In this document: positions 1 through 10,615 of the stretch, one piece after another
How the letters are laid out: each line of letters opens with the position of its first letter
Position numbering within the stretch: position 1 is the stretch's first letter
Assembly: GCA_965248835.1 (NCBI GenBank)
Contig: CBDFLJ010000002.1
Location: 2,528,001 to 2,592,000, forward strand
Direction of reading: 5' to 3'
DNA length: 64,000 bases
From: Alphaproteobacteria bacterium
GTDB lineage: Bacteria > Pseudomonadota > Alphaproteobacteria > MPNO01
Program-made: the position numbers and the translations under genes
Notes under the pieces: generated by a model
The model's database searches: none
Seen by the model: the letters and a program-made list of their open reading frames with translations, nothing else
What the model was told of the DNA's origin: nothing

Positions 1-833
1 TAGTGCTCGATCCGGGATTCGCGCTCGGTGAACCGGGGGTCTTGCCCCAAATCCGGCCGCTCCAGGGCGTTCTGGACGCCCTGCCAGAATTTCTGGGGCG
101 AGGACAGGTGCAGGGCCAGCAGCTTGCCGTCGCCGCAGCGCAGCGAATAGGACTGGGAGGCCTTCACGCGGGCGAGCGGCCCCTGCGGAAAGCGGCCCTG
201 CAGCATGTTGGACCACGGATCGGGCATGAAGGTGATCGAGGACTCCAGCATGTTGATGTCGATTCGGCGTGCGATCCCGGTGCGCTCGCGCTCGAACAGG
301 GCGCCCAGGATGCCGTAGCAGGCGTTGATGCCGGTCATGTTGTCGGAGATCGTCGGCCCGGTGATCTGCGGGTCCTCCGGATCGATGAACAGAGAGGTCA
401 CCCCGCCGAGCGACTGGGCGACCGCGTCGTAGGCCGGCCGATCGCGATAGGGCCCGTCCTCGCCGAAGCCGGTGATCGAGCAATAGATCAGCTTCGGGTT
501 GCGCGCGCGCAGCGCATCCAGCCCGAGCCCGAGCCGCTCCATCACGCCGGGCCGGAAATTCTCCATCAGCACGTCGGCGATCTCGACCAGCCGCAGCAGG
601 ATCGCCTTGCCCTCATCGGAACGCAGGTTGAGGGTGAGGCTGCGCTTGTTCCGGTTGTAGGCCAGGAAGTGGGCGGCATAGCTGCCGCCGCGCCAGGCAC
701 GGAACATGTCCCCGCCGTTGGGGTTCTCGATTTTGATGATGTCCGCGCCCAGATCGCCCAGCATCTGGCCGCCGAGCGGGCCGGTGATCATCGTCGTCAG
801 CTCGAGGATGCGAATCCCGTCCAGCGCGCTCAT
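1..833 (-). CDS. CaiB/BaiF family (class III) CoA transferase, 3' end beyond window edge
   Basis: Not in ORF track. Manual minus-strand translation from ATG at 833 (SD GAAGGAG upstream): MSALDGIRILELTTMITGP..LGDLGADIIKIE..NRNKRSLTLNL..ENFRPG..ITGFGEDGPY..RPAYD. Confidence 0.92.
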   Translation of the reverse strand, partial: MSALDGIRILELTTMITGPLGGQMLGDLGADIIKIENPNGGDMFRAWRGGSYAAHFLAYNRNKRSLTLNLRSDEGKAILLRLVEIADVLMENFRPGVMERLGLGLDALRARNPKLIYCSITGFGEDGPYRDRPAYDAVAQSLGGVTSLFIDPEDPQITGPTISDNMTGINACYGILGALFERERTGIARRIDINMLESSITFMPDPWSNMLQGRFPQGPLARVKASQSYSLRCGDGKLLALHLSSPQKFWQGVQNALERPDLGQDPRFTERESRIEH

Positions 834-1014
834 CGGCTCTCCTTCATTCAAAACCGCCGGGCGGCAGCACGAACCCTCGAAGACGGCCGGCCGGGCGCCG
901 CGACGCGCCGGCGGCGGCGGCGCATGAATTTCACCGGCTCCCCTTGCCGAGCCCGGCTCGACAGGGGCCGAGCATAGCCGATAATGCGACCCTGACGAAA
1001 TCCGGGCGGGGACC

Positions 1015-2565
1015 GTGACGACCGAGCTTGCCATCCCTTTCCAGCCGCTGGCCGCGTTGCTCGCCGAGCATGCCGCCGCCCGCGGCGGCAAGACCGCGAT
1101 CTTCGAGCTCGACAGCGGCCGGCATATCGATTTCCGGACACTGGCCGAGTCCGTCGATCGGATCGCGGCCCACCTCGAAGCCCGCGGACTGAGGCGCGGC
1201 GACCGCGTCGTGCTATTGAGCGCGGAGCGGCTGGAGAAGCTGCTCATCTTCCTCGCCGTCTGGCGGATCGGCGCGATCGCCTGCCCGTTCCATGTCGAGA
1301 TGGGCATCACGCACCTGCGCGCCATCCTGGGCTATATCGCCCCAAAGCTTGTGCTGTGGCACGAGGCGCTCGACGGCGCGGCGATCCTCGACGAGCTCGA
1401 CCTGCCGGCGCTGCGGTTCGCGGACTGGCCGGATGGCGAGGACGAGTTTTTCTCGGCCATCCGGTCCGGCGCGCCGGGCCGGCCGGTAAGCGGCACCAAC
1501 GGCCCGAACGACGTGGCCTGCATCTTCTCGACCTCGGGCACCACCGACCGGCCCAAATGCGTCGAATGGGACCACATGGGGTTGTGGCTGTGCGGGCTGT
1601 CGAGCATCGACTTGACCGGGCTGGGCGAGAACGACCGGCTGCTCGAATACCGCACCTTCAGTTGGCTGTCGCCGCAGATCCTGGCGCTGATGCCGCTGAT
1701 CCAGACCGGGCTCGGCCTCTACATGGCCGGCAGGTTCTCGCACGGACGGTTTTTCGACTGGATCGAGGAGCACGCGATCACCGTTGCCGTCGGGGTGCCG
1801 ACGGTGGTCAACATGCTGCTCGACCGGCCGGTCGAAATCCGCCCCGGCGGGTTGAACAGTCTGCGCTTGATGACCTCGAGCTCCGCGCCGTTGGCGACCG
1901 ACCGGTGGCGCCGGTTCGAGGACATCTACGGCATCCGTCTGCTCCAGTTCTACGGTGCTTCCGAAGGCGGCTGGCTGTGCGGCAACCGCGCCGACGACCG
2001 CCGGGTCGGCACGGTCGGCCGGCCGGCCAGGCACATGGCGTTCGCGATCCTCGATGCCGGCGGCCGCCCCTGCCCGCCCGGCACGCAGGGCGAGGTCGCG
2101 ATCCGCGGCCGCCAGACCGCCGTCGGCACCTTCGCACCGGACGGGACGTACCAGGACCTGCGGCCGCACCGGCTCACCGACTGGATGCGGACCGGCGACC
2201 TCGGCGTGTTCGATGCCGAGGGGTTCGTTACCGTCACCGGGCGGACGAAGGACCTGATCATCCGCGGCGGGGTGAACATCGCACCGCTGGAGATCGACGC
2301 CGTCCTGATGAGCCATCCGAAGCTCGCCGAGGGTGCCGCCGTCGGCATCCCCGATCCGATCTACGGCGAGGAGATCGCGGCCTTCGTGGTCGCCCACGGC
2401 GGCGAGACCGTTCGGCCCGAAGACGTCATCGCCCACTGCGCGCACACCTTGCCGGACTTCAAGGTGCCCAAGACGGTGCACCTGATCGAGGCGTTGCCGC
2501 GCTCGGACCGCGGCAAGATCCTCCGCGAGGCGCTCAAGGCGCGCTGGCTCGCCGGTCCCGATTGA
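1015..2565 (+). CDS. AMP-binding acyl-CoA synthetase / class I adenylate-forming enzyme
   Basis: STSGTTDRPK P-loop, FYGASE, RTGDLG, GRTKDLIIRGGVNI, LPRSDRGK. Confidence 0.9.
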   Translation: MTTELAIPFQPLAALLAEHAAARGGKTAIFELDSGRHIDFRTLAESVDRIAAHLEARGLRRGDRVVLLSAERLEKLLIFLAVWRIGAIACPFHVEMGITHLRAILGYIAPKLVLWHEALDGAAILDELDLPALRFADWPDGEDEFFSAIRSGAPGRPVSGTNGPNDVACIFSTSGTTDRPKCVEWDHMGLWLCGLSSIDLTGLGENDRLLEYRTFSWLSPQILALMPLIQTGLGLYMAGRFSHGRFFDWIEEHAITVAVGVPTVVNMLLDRPVEIRPGGLNSLRLMTSSSAPLATDRWRRFEDIYGIRLLQFYGASEGGWLCGNRADDRRVGTVGRPARHMAFAILDAGGRPCPPGTQGEVAIRGRQTAVGTFAPDGTYQDLRPHRLTDWMRTGDLGVFDAEGFVTVTGRTKDLIIRGGVNIAPLEIDAVLMSHPKLAEGAAVGIPDPIYGEEIAAFVVAHGGETVRPEDVIAHCAHTLPDFKVPKTVHLIEALPRSDRGKILREALKARWLAGPD

Positions 2566-2640
2566 CGGCCGGGGCAGGCCGCGGCCGGTTCGCGCAACGG
2601 TGTACAGCGAAGGCCGCGCGCCGCAGGACGGGAGCGTGAC

Positions 2641-3834
2641 ATGACGGGAATCCTGGTCGTCGGCGGCGGGTTCGCGGGCCTCTGGGCCGCGGTCGGCGCC
2701 GCGCGCAAGCGCGCGCTGCTGGGCATCGATCCCGGCGCGATGCCGATCCGCCTGGTCAACCCGGACCCCTGGCATGTCATCCGCGTGCGCGCCTATGAGC
2801 CCGACCTGAGCGGGATCCGCGTCGGCTTGGCTGCGGTGCTGGAGACCGCCGGGATCGGCCTCGTCCGCGGCACCGTCGAGGATCTCGATGCGCCCGCCCG
2901 CCGCGTGGTGGTCGATGGCGCGGCCGGCCGGCAGACGCTTGCCTATGACGGCCTCGTCCTTGCCGCCGGCAGCGCGCTTCCCCGGCCGGCCTGCGCCGCG
3001 GCGGCCCATGACGTCGATACCTATGACGGCGGCGCGGCGCTCAATGCCCATGTCGCGGGCCTTGGCGATCATCCGGCCCGCGACACCGCGGTGGTGATCG
3101 GGGCGGGGCTCACCGGGATCGAGGCGGCCTGCGAGCTGCCGGACAAGATGCGTGCCGCCGGCATCGCGGCCCCCCGGGTGATCCTCGCCGACCGCGATGC
3201 TCACATCGGCTCCGACATGGGCGACGAAGCCGGGGCGGTGATCGCAACCGCCCTCGATGCGCTGGGGATCGAGACCCGCACCGGGATCACCGTCGCCGGC
3301 ATCGACCGCCGCGGCGTCCGCCTTGCCTCCGGCGCGACCATTGCCGCAGCGACGGTGGTATGGACGGCCGGCATGCGCGCCGCGCCGCTGGCCGGGGCGC
3401 TCGGCCTGCCGCTCGACCCGCTCGGCCGGCTCGCCGTCGCGCCTACCGTGCGGGTGGACGGGGCGGACGGCGTCTATGCCGCCGGTGATATCGCGGTGGC
3501 CGAGATCGCGCCGGGCCGTGCCTCGGTGATGTCCTGTCAGCACGGCCGGCCGATGGGCCGCTTCGCCGGCCACAACGTCGTCGCCGAGCTTGCCGGCCAC
3601 GACCTGCTGGACCTCGCCATCCCCGACTACGTCACCTGCCTCGATCTCGGTCCGTGGGGGGCGGTCTACACCGAGGGCTGGGATCGTCGGGTGGCGGCTT
3701 CGGGTGCGGCGGCCAAGAAGACCAAAGAGACCATCAACCGCCGCCGCATCTACCCACCGCCCGGCGCCGACCGCGCGGCCCTGCTGGCGGCGGCCGCACC
3801 GACCGTCCAGGCGCCGCCGCCGCGGTCCGCCTGA
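2641..3834 (+). CDS. NAD(P)/FAD-dependent oxidoreductase (Ndh-2-like)
   Basis: VVGGGFAG, VIGAGLTGIE, VWTAG, YAAGD motifs. Confidence 0.85.
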   Translation: MTGILVVGGGFAGLWAAVGAARKRALLGIDPGAMPIRLVNPDPWHVIRVRAYEPDLSGIRVGLAAVLETAGIGLVRGTVEDLDAPARRVVVDGAAGRQTLAYDGLVLAAGSALPRPACAAAAHDVDTYDGGAALNAHVAGLGDHPARDTAVVIGAGLTGIEAACELPDKMRAAGIAAPRVILADRDAHIGSDMGDEAGAVIATALDALGIETRTGITVAGIDRRGVRLASGATIAAATVVWTAGMRAAPLAGALGLPLDPLGRLAVAPTVRVDGADGVYAAGDIAVAEIAPGRASVMSCQHGRPMGRFAGHNVVAELAGHDLLDLAIPDYVTCLDLGPWGAVYTEGWDRRVAASGAAAKKTKETINRRRIYPPPGADRAALLAAAAPTVQAPPPRSA

Positions 3835-3910
3835 TCCCGAGGCTTGGCGGGCCGGGCAAAAAATCGCACAATGGCGCACGATTGATCTCCGGCCGCGAGG
3901 TGCAGTTGCG

Positions 3911-5632
3911 ATGCGCAGATATCTCCACGTCAATCTCAACGACCGCTCGATCGAGACCGAGGCGCTTGACGGCGAGGCGGTGGTCCGCGCCGGCCGCTAC
4001 CTGATCTCCAAGACCCTGCTGGAGCGCGGCGTTGCGACGGTCGATCCGCTGGGGCCGGACAACATCTTGATCTTCTCGGCCGGACCGTTCGCCGGCTCGA
4101 ACTTCTCCAACGCCAACCGACTGTCGATCGGCTGCAAGAGCCCGCTGACCGGCGGCATCAAGGAGGCGAATTCCGGCGGGACCTTCGCCTTCGCGCTCGG
4201 CCAGCTCGAGATCGCCGGCTTTACGCTCTACGGCGCTTCGGACGACTGGGTGGTCATTCGTATCCCCAAGGAAGGCGAGATCACCTTCGAGGACGCAAGC
4301 CCCTATATGGGCAAGGGCAACATCGAGGCTGCGGCCCTGCTGCACCAGAAATACGGCAACAAGGTCAGCGTCGGGCTGATCGGTCCGGTCGGCGAATATC
4401 AGGGGCTGGTGGCCGGGATCTCGTTCACCGACCCGGAAGGCCGCCCGGTCAGGATCGCCGCCCGCGGCGGGGTCGGCGCGGTGATGGGCTCCAAGAAGGT
4501 CAAGGCGATCGTCGTCGACCGGGACAGGATGCCGACCTTCCACGACCGCAAGGCGCTGATGGGCAAGGTGCGCGAATACAACAAGATGCTCGACGTCGAT
4601 GCGGCCATCAACACGCTGCGCGACCTCGGCACCGCCATGGTCGGCGACATCACCAACCAGATCGGCGGCATGCCGGTCAACAACTTCTCCGCCGGCCGCC
4701 AGATCGATACCGCCAAGGCCGTCTTCAAGCTCGGCGGCGAGCATATCCGCGAGCGCAATCTCGCGCGCGGCGGCGAGCCGACCCATGCCTGCATGCCGGG
4801 CTGCATGATCCGCTGCTCCAACATCTACGTCGGCGCCGACGGTGAGGAGATCGTCTCGCCGCTGGAATACGAGACGCTCGGCTTGATGGGCACCAATTGC
4901 GGACTGGAGGACCCCGACGACGTGGCCCGGCTCAATCACATCGCCAACGATTTGGGCGTGGATTCGATCGAGATCGGCGCCACCTTGGGCGTTCTGATGG
5001 AAGCCGGCGAAGGCGCTTTCGGCGATCCCGTCTTCATGGCCGATGCCCTGCAGGACATCCGCGACGGCACCGAGCGCGGCAAGATCCTCGCCCAGGGCAC
5101 CGCCCGGGTCGGCGCCCATTACAACGTCGCCCGCGTGCCGGTCGTCAAGAAGCAGGGCATCAGCGCTTACGATCCCCGCGTGATCGAGGTGACGGGAATC
5201 TCGATGATGGTAACCGCCCAGGGCGCGGACCACACCACGGGGAACTTGCCGACCTACGCCTGTGACGGCAAGACCACCGAGGAGCTGACCGCGGCAAGCT
5301 TCGGCGTCCAGGCGCTTTGCGCGACCGCCGACTCTCTGGGGTTGTGCGTCTTCGGCCGCTCGGTCACCAACGAGAACATCGACTTCATGGTCAACGCCTT
5401 GAACGAGGCTCACGCGACCGACCTCGTCCCCTCCTTCTACCACCGCCTCGGCTACGAGACGCTGCGCAACGAATGGGAGTTCAACCGCCTTGCCGGCTTC
5501 ACCGAGGAGGACGACGAGCTCCCGGATTTCTTCTACGAAGAACCGCTCGCCCCGACCGGCAAGACCGCCCGCCACCACACCGCCGACGTCAACCGGCAGG
5601 TCCGCAAGCTGCTCGAAGAGGCGCTGGCGTAG
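3911..5632 (+). CDS. Aldehyde:ferredoxin oxidoreductase family (W/Mo-pterin, 4Fe-4S)
   Basis: KSPLTGGIKEANSGG, AARGGVGAVMGSKKVKA, CMPGCMIRC, EYET, DLGVDSI, DSLGLC; start moved to ATG 3911. Confidence 0.9.
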   Translation: MRRYLHVNLNDRSIETEALDGEAVVRAGRYLISKTLLERGVATVDPLGPDNILIFSAGPFAGSNFSNANRLSIGCKSPLTGGIKEANSGGTFAFALGQLEIAGFTLYGASDDWVVIRIPKEGEITFEDASPYMGKGNIEAAALLHQKYGNKVSVGLIGPVGEYQGLVAGISFTDPEGRPVRIAARGGVGAVMGSKKVKAIVVDRDRMPTFHDRKALMGKVREYNKMLDVDAAINTLRDLGTAMVGDITNQIGGMPVNNFSAGRQIDTAKAVFKLGGEHIRERNLARGGEPTHACMPGCMIRCSNIYVGADGEEIVSPLEYETLGLMGTNCGLEDPDDVARLNHIANDLGVDSIEIGATLGVLMEAGEGAFGDPVFMADALQDIRDGTERGKILAQGTARVGAHYNVARVPVVKKQGISAYDPRVIEVTGISMMVTAQGADHTTGNLPTYACDGKTTEELTAASFGVQALCATADSLGLCVFGRSVTNENIDFMVNALNEAHATDLVPSFYHRLGYETLRNEWEFNRLAGFTEEDDELPDFFYEEPLAPTGKTARHHTADVNRQVRKLLEEALA

Positions 5633-5925
5633 GCGGGATCAGCTTCTCGGATTTGAGCAACATTATCATTGACTTGGAACGGTTACCTCAGGCGATTAAT
5701 GGTGTTGTCCACGAGTGGAATTTTGGAAGACTCGCGTAGATCCAAAATATTGATTGGGGTAAAAAGGCACCGTTATGATCGAAGACACCGCGGCTGAAGC
5801 GCTTGGCTCTCTGTGCACTGGAATGCCGCACATGGTGTAAGAACAAGAAGTACTCCGAGTCGCAGAAAGCTTTCCGATCTCTTCCGGAGCGACGGTTATC
5901 GACGGGCCAAGACGCCAAATTCTCC

Positions 5926-6204
5926 TTGATGTTGTGGCTCCAACGCTCGTTTCCCCTGGCTGATTTTTTCGATGATGGATTCCGCAGACGCCGCCCAGAC
6001 GAAGCGCTTGGGGTCGGCGTTGTGCTGTTCGAGATTCTTGTCGATCGCCCTTTGGGGATCGGCGACGACGTGGAACAGGCCGCGGCGAATTCGCTTACGG
6101 GTGATCTCGACGAAGAAACGCTCGACCGGTTTGAGCCGGGATGTCGATGTTGGCGTGAAATGTAGACGGAAGCGCGGGTGCCGCGCCCGCCAGGCTTTGA
6201 ACTT
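5926..6204 (-). mobile_element. IS630-family transposase C-terminal remnant (degenerate)
   Basis: ARHPRFRLHFTPTSTSRLKPVERFF..ITRKRIRRG..HNADPKRFVW..GKRALEPQH resembles the IS630 DDE C-terminus; N-terminal part missing, WLN motif and stop eroded. Confidence 0.85.
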
Positions 6205-6596
6205 AGAATATCTCATCGCAGCAAATATTTGTTGCGGACATGCCGACACACCGCTGGACAGGAGAAACTTGACGTTATCACTTGGAGCTACGCATGTTCT
6301 TTCATTTGTGATTTTGTGAGTCTGCTCAGTCGAAAGCTGTGTTTATGTGACAGGCTGGTCTATTCAGCTTACCAGGTCGCTCGTGAGGGCTTACGGTGAT
6401 CGGCGACTCGTTGAAAGTGCCAGCGCGGCTCATTGACTTGCGCAAAAAAGGACTCCGGTCCCATTTTTCCAGGCACAATATTGTACCCGACGCGCTGCAT
6501 GCCGAGCATAGCACGTTCGGGGAGGTCGTCCAGGAGGTCGCGAGCCCGACGAATTTTGGGTATCAGTCCCGGCGTGTGTTCTCAAGGAGATATGGG

Positions 6597-8336
6597 ATGC
6601 TCACTAAGCTCATCATCCGTAACTTTAAACGCTTTGGAGAGGTCGAGATCGAGCTGGGAAATCCAGTCGTGTTCATCGGCCCAAACAACTCGGGGAAAAC
6701 GTCAGCGATGCAAGCGCTGGCCCTTTGGGACATCGGGTTGAAACGATGGAACGAGAAGCGCGCCGGAAAAAGCGCGCCGGAGAGACGCCCAGGCGTTACG
6801 GTAAACCGCAAGGATCTGCTGGCCATCCCTCACCCGAGCGCGGCCCTGCTTTGGCGCGATCTCCACTTGCGAGACGTACGGAGGGTCGATGAACGCCAGC
6901 GGACCGAGAATGTGCGGATTGACCTGATCGTCGAGGGGATCAGCAAGGACAGGGCTTGGACCTGTGGTCTCGAGTTCGATTACGCCAACGAAGAGTCGTT
7001 CTATTGCCGGCCTCTGCGGCTTGACGAGGGCAAGTCGCCAGAGCGGATGCCGGTCCCGAATGAGGCCGGGTCGACACAAATCGCCTTTCTTCCCCCCATG
7101 TCCGGCCTTGCGGCTACGGAAACGCGGCTCGATCAGGGCGCCGTAAACGTACGAGTCGGCGAAGGCCGCACCGCCGAAGTTCTACGCAACCTCTGTTTCA
7201 GTATCCTGAACGAGACCCCTGACCAATGGGCGTCTCTTGTGGAACGGATCAAGGCGCTTTTTGGCGCTGAACTTGACGAGCCCCGCTATGTTGAACAGCG
7301 GGGAGAGATCACCATGGGTTATCGAGAGCACGGCTCGACCCTCGACCTGTCTTCAAGCGGCCGAGGCTTGCAGCAGACCTTGTTGATTCTGGCCTATATG
7401 TACGCCAATCCGAGTGCGGTCATCTTGTTGGACGAACCCGACGCACATCTCGAAATTCTTCGCCAACGTCAAATCTATGCTCTGATAACGGAAATAGCCT
7501 CGGATCATGGCAACCAGATCATCGCTGCAAGTCATTCGGAGGTGCTTTTGAACGAAGCCGCCGAGAAAGATTTGGTTATCGCCTTCGTCGGCAAGCCGCA
7601 TCGGATCGGGGATGAAAGAAGCCAAGTGCGAAAAGCACTCGTGGAAATCGGGTTTGACCAATATTATCAAGCTGAACAGGCCAGATGGGTTCTTTATCTC
7701 GAAGGTTCGACGGATTTGGCAATATTGCGTGCCTTCGCCAAGCGCCTCGGCAACGAAAAAGCGATCCAGGTCCTTGAACGACCCTTCGTGCACTACGTTG
7801 CAAACCGACCGCGCGCGGCTGAACATCACTATTACGGTCTCAAGGAAGCGCTCCCCGACCTCCGAGGGGTAGCCATCTTCGATCGTCTCGAAGACGATGC
7901 GCGGGACGGAGGACCGCTCCACCGCCTGATCTGGAAGAGACGGGAGATAGAGAACTATCTATGCACTGATGCCACTCTTGAAGCATATGCGACCGCATCT
8001 GCTAAGGAGGCGGCACCGGAGCCTCTCTTTACACAAGCGGAGATCGATAAGCGTCAGGGAGCGATGCGCGAGGCCGTAGCCGAGGTCAGCAAGGCCTTGG
8101 AGACGCTGGGCAAAGGATCGCCTTGGGATGCCGACGTGAAGGCGAGCGATGATTTTCTGGCTCCTGTTTTCAATGCTTACTTTGAAAAGCTTGGGATGCC
8201 CAATCTCATGAGAAAAAAGAACTTTTATGAACTCGCCGAACACGTTCCAGAAAACGAGATAGACCCCGAGATCAATGAAAAGCTGAACGCGATTGTCAGC
8301 GCGGCGGAGAGCGCGATACCCAAGGACGATGTGTGA
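6597..8336 (+). CDS. ABC-type ATPase fused to TOPRIM-like domain (OLD/GajA-like ATP-dependent nuclease, putative defence protein)
   Basis: SD AAGGAG then ATG 6597; IRNFKRF, Walker A GPNNSGKT, SSSGRG, Walker B LLDEPDAHL, ASHS, then LYLEGSTD, IFDR, REIENYL; AT-richer than flanks. Confidence 0.82.
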   Translation: MLTKLIIRNFKRFGEVEIELGNPVVFIGPNNSGKTSAMQALALWDIGLKRWNEKRAGKSAPERRPGVTVNRKDLLAIPHPSAALLWRDLHLRDVRRVDERQRTENVRIDLIVEGISKDRAWTCGLEFDYANEESFYCRPLRLDEGKSPERMPVPNEAGSTQIAFLPPMSGLAATETRLDQGAVNVRVGEGRTAEVLRNLCFSILNETPDQWASLVERIKALFGAELDEPRYVEQRGEITMGYREHGSTLDLSSSGRGLQQTLLILAYMYANPSAVILLDEPDAHLEILRQRQIYALITEIASDHGNQIIAASHSEVLLNEAAEKDLVIAFVGKPHRIGDERSQVRKALVEIGFDQYYQAEQARWVLYLEGSTDLAILRAFAKRLGNEKAIQVLERPFVHYVANRPRAAEHHYYGLKEALPDLRGVAIFDRLEDDARDGGPLHRLIWKRREIENYLCTDATLEAYATASAKEAAPEPLFTQAEIDKRQGAMREAVAEVSKALETLGKGSPWDADVKASDDFLAPVFNAYFEKLGMPNLMRKKNFYELAEHVPENEIDPEINEKLNAIVSAAESAIPKDDV

Positions 8337-8496
8337 CCGCCGCGGAACATCGGGGCCTTCTTTACCGCACTCGGATGTCGGGGACGCCGCCCTTGCCCGG
8401 GTCGCGGGTCTCGGTCGATGCAAAAAAGAACGCCGACCGCATTCTTCCGGGAGCGGCCGTGTCGGCTTGGCGGCGTCGATCCGAATGGAACGGGCG

Positions 8497-10584
8497 CTAA
8501 ATCCGCGCGGTCCACAGGCGCAGGGCGTTGGCGATGACCGAGACCGAGCTCAGGCTCATCGCCGCGGCGGCGATGATCGGGTCCAGCAGGATGCCCGCGG
8601 CCGGATAGAGCACGCCGGCGGCGATGGGCACGCCGAGCGCGTTATAGACAAAGGCCAGGAACAGGTTCTGGCGGATATTGGCCATGGTTGCGCGGCTGAG
8701 CCGCCGGGCGCGGGCGATCGCAGCCAGATCGCCTTTGACCAGGGTCAGCCCGGCGCTCTGCATCGCGATGTCGGTGCCGGTGCCCATGGCGATGCCGACA
8801 TCGGCCGCGGCGAGCGCCGGGGCGTCGTTGACTCCATCGCCCGCCATCGCCACCACCTTGCCTTCGGCCCGAAGGCGGCGGACGATCTCACCCTTGCGCG
8901 CGGGCAGCACCTCGGCCTCGACATCGCCGATGCCGAGCCGGGCGGCGACCGCGCCTGCCGTCCTGGCGTTGTCGCCGGTGAGCATGATGATCGCCACGCC
9001 CGCGCTGCGCAGCGACTCCAGCGCCGCCGGCGTGGTCTGCTTGATCTGATCGGCAACCGCGATCACGCCGCCCACCGCGTCGTCGATGACAACGAACACC
9101 ACCGTCGCACCGTCGTCCCTCAGGGCCTCGGCGCGCGGCCCCATCGCGCCCGCGCCGACGCCGAGATCGGCCAGCATCGCGTCGTTTCCCAGCGCCACCG
9201 TCCGCCCCGCAATCCGGCCGCTGACGCCCTTCCCGGCCTGCGAGGCGAAACCCTCGGCCTCCTCGAGGCCCAGGCCGCGCTCTTGCGCGGCGGCGAGGAT
9301 CGCACCGGCAAGCGGATGCTCGCTGTGGCGCTCAAGGCTTGCCGCAAGCTCCAGCAGGGTCTCCTCGGCCAGGCCTTCGACGCAGGCGAGCGCGACGACC
9401 GTCGGCTTGCCTTCGGTGAGCGTGCCGGTCTTGTCGACGACCAGCGTGTCGACCGCGCCCAGCCGCTCCAGCGCCTCGGCGTCGCGGATCAGGACGCCGG
9501 CATGGGCGCCGCGGCCGGTGCCCACCATGATCGACATCGGCGTCGCCAGGCCCAGGGCGCAGGGACAGGCGATGATCAGCACCGAGACCGCGGCAAGCAG
9601 CGCGAATGCCATCGCCGGCGGCGGGCCGAGGACCGCCCAGGCGATAAAGGCGATCACCGCGACCGCGATCACCGCGGGCACGAAATAGCCGGCAACGACA
9701 TCGGCCAGGCGCTGGATCGGCGCGCGCGAGCGCTGCGCCTCGGCCACGAGCTGGACGATGCGCGCGAGCATGGTGTCCGCGCCGACCCTCCGGGCGCGCA
9801 TCACGAAGCTGCCCGTCCGGTTCAGCGTCCCGCCGATGACGGGCGCGCCGGGAGCCTTCTCGAGCGGGATCGCCTCGCCGGTGACCATCGATTCGTCGAC
9901 CGCGCCGAGGCCTTCCAGGACCACGCCGTCGACCGGGATTCTGTCGCCCGGACGCACCCGCAGACGATCGCCCGGCTGCACCGCATCGAGCGCGATCTCC
10001 TCGTCCTGCCCGCCGTCGGTCACCCGCAGCGCGGTCCCGGGCGCCAGATCCATCAACGATCGCAGGGCGTGCCCGGTGCGCTCGCGCGCCTTGAGCTCCA
10101 GCACCTGGCCCAGCAGCACCAGCACGATGATCATCGATGCCGCCTCGAAATAGACCGGGACCGCGCCGTCGGGACCGACGAACGCCGCCGGGAAGTTCTG
10201 CGGCACGGCGGTAGCAACGACGCTGTAGCCGTAGGCGACGCCGGTCCCCAGGGCGATCAAGGTGAACATGTTCAGGTTGCCGGTCACGACCGAGGCCCAA
10301 CCGCGCCGGAAGAACACGGAGCCGCCCCACAGCATGACCGGCGTGGCCAGCAGGAGCTGTATCCAGACCGAGACGGCGGGCGCGACGATGTCCCCGACAC
10401 CGATATGGCCCCCCATCTCCAGCACCAGGATCGGCACGGTGAGCGCGCCGCTGATCCACAAGCGGCGCGTCATGTCGATCAGTTCGGGGTTGGGGCCGGT
10501 CTCGACCGTGACGTCCATCGGCTCGAGCGCCATGCCGCAGACCGGGCATGGCTCGGGCCCGTCGGTCACGACGTCAGGGTGCAT
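8497..10584 (-). CDS. copA: Copper-translocating P1B-type ATPase (start uncertain)
   Basis: (YTCP)[39 protein letters not shown] and MSLSS transmembrane motifs. Confidence 0.92.
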   Translation of the reverse strand: MHPDVVTDGPEPCPVCGMALEPMDVTVETGPNPELIDMTRRLWISGALTVPILVLEMGGHIGVGDIVAPAVSVWIQLLLATPVMLWGGSVFFRRGWASVVTGNLNMFTLIALGTGVAYGYSVVATAVPQNFPAAFVGPDGAVPVYFEAASMIIVLVLLGQVLELKARERTGHALRSLMDLAPGTALRVTDGGQDEEIALDAVQPGDRLRVRPGDRIPVDGVVLEGLGAVDESMVTGEAIPLEKAPGAPVIGGTLNRTGSFVMRARRVGADTMLARIVQLVAEAQRSRAPIQRLADVVAGYFVPAVIAVAVIAFIAWAVLGPPPAMAFALLAAVSVLIIACPCALGLATPMSIMVGTGRGAHAGVLIRDAEALERLGAVDTLVVDKTGTLTEGKPTVVALACVEGLAEETLLELAASLERHSEHPLAGAILAAAQERGLGLEEAEGFASQAGKGVSGRIAGRTVALGNDAMLADLGVGAGAMGPRAEALRDDGATVVFVVIDDAVGGVIAVADQIKQTTPAALESLRSAGVAIIMLTGDNARTAGAVAARLGIGDVEAEVLPARKGEIVRRLRAEGKVVAMAGDGVNDAPALAAADVGIAMGTGTDIAMQSAGLTLVKGDLAAIARARRLSRATMANIRQNLFLAFVYNALGVPIAAGVLYPAAGILLDPIIAAAAMSLSSVSVIANALRLWTARI

Positions 10585-10615
10585 CGGGCAGGTATATCGG
10601 GATCCGGTGATGGGG

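Noticed and set aside
5633-5925. Short AT-richer ORFs 5688-5918 (-) and 5803-6165 (+)
   Set aside because: No recognisable motif or SD; likely debris next to the IS remnant
6396-6596. 67-aa N-terminal extension of the ATPase in the ORF track
   Set aside because: The family-typical start MLTKLIIRNFK has a clear SD at 6584-6589
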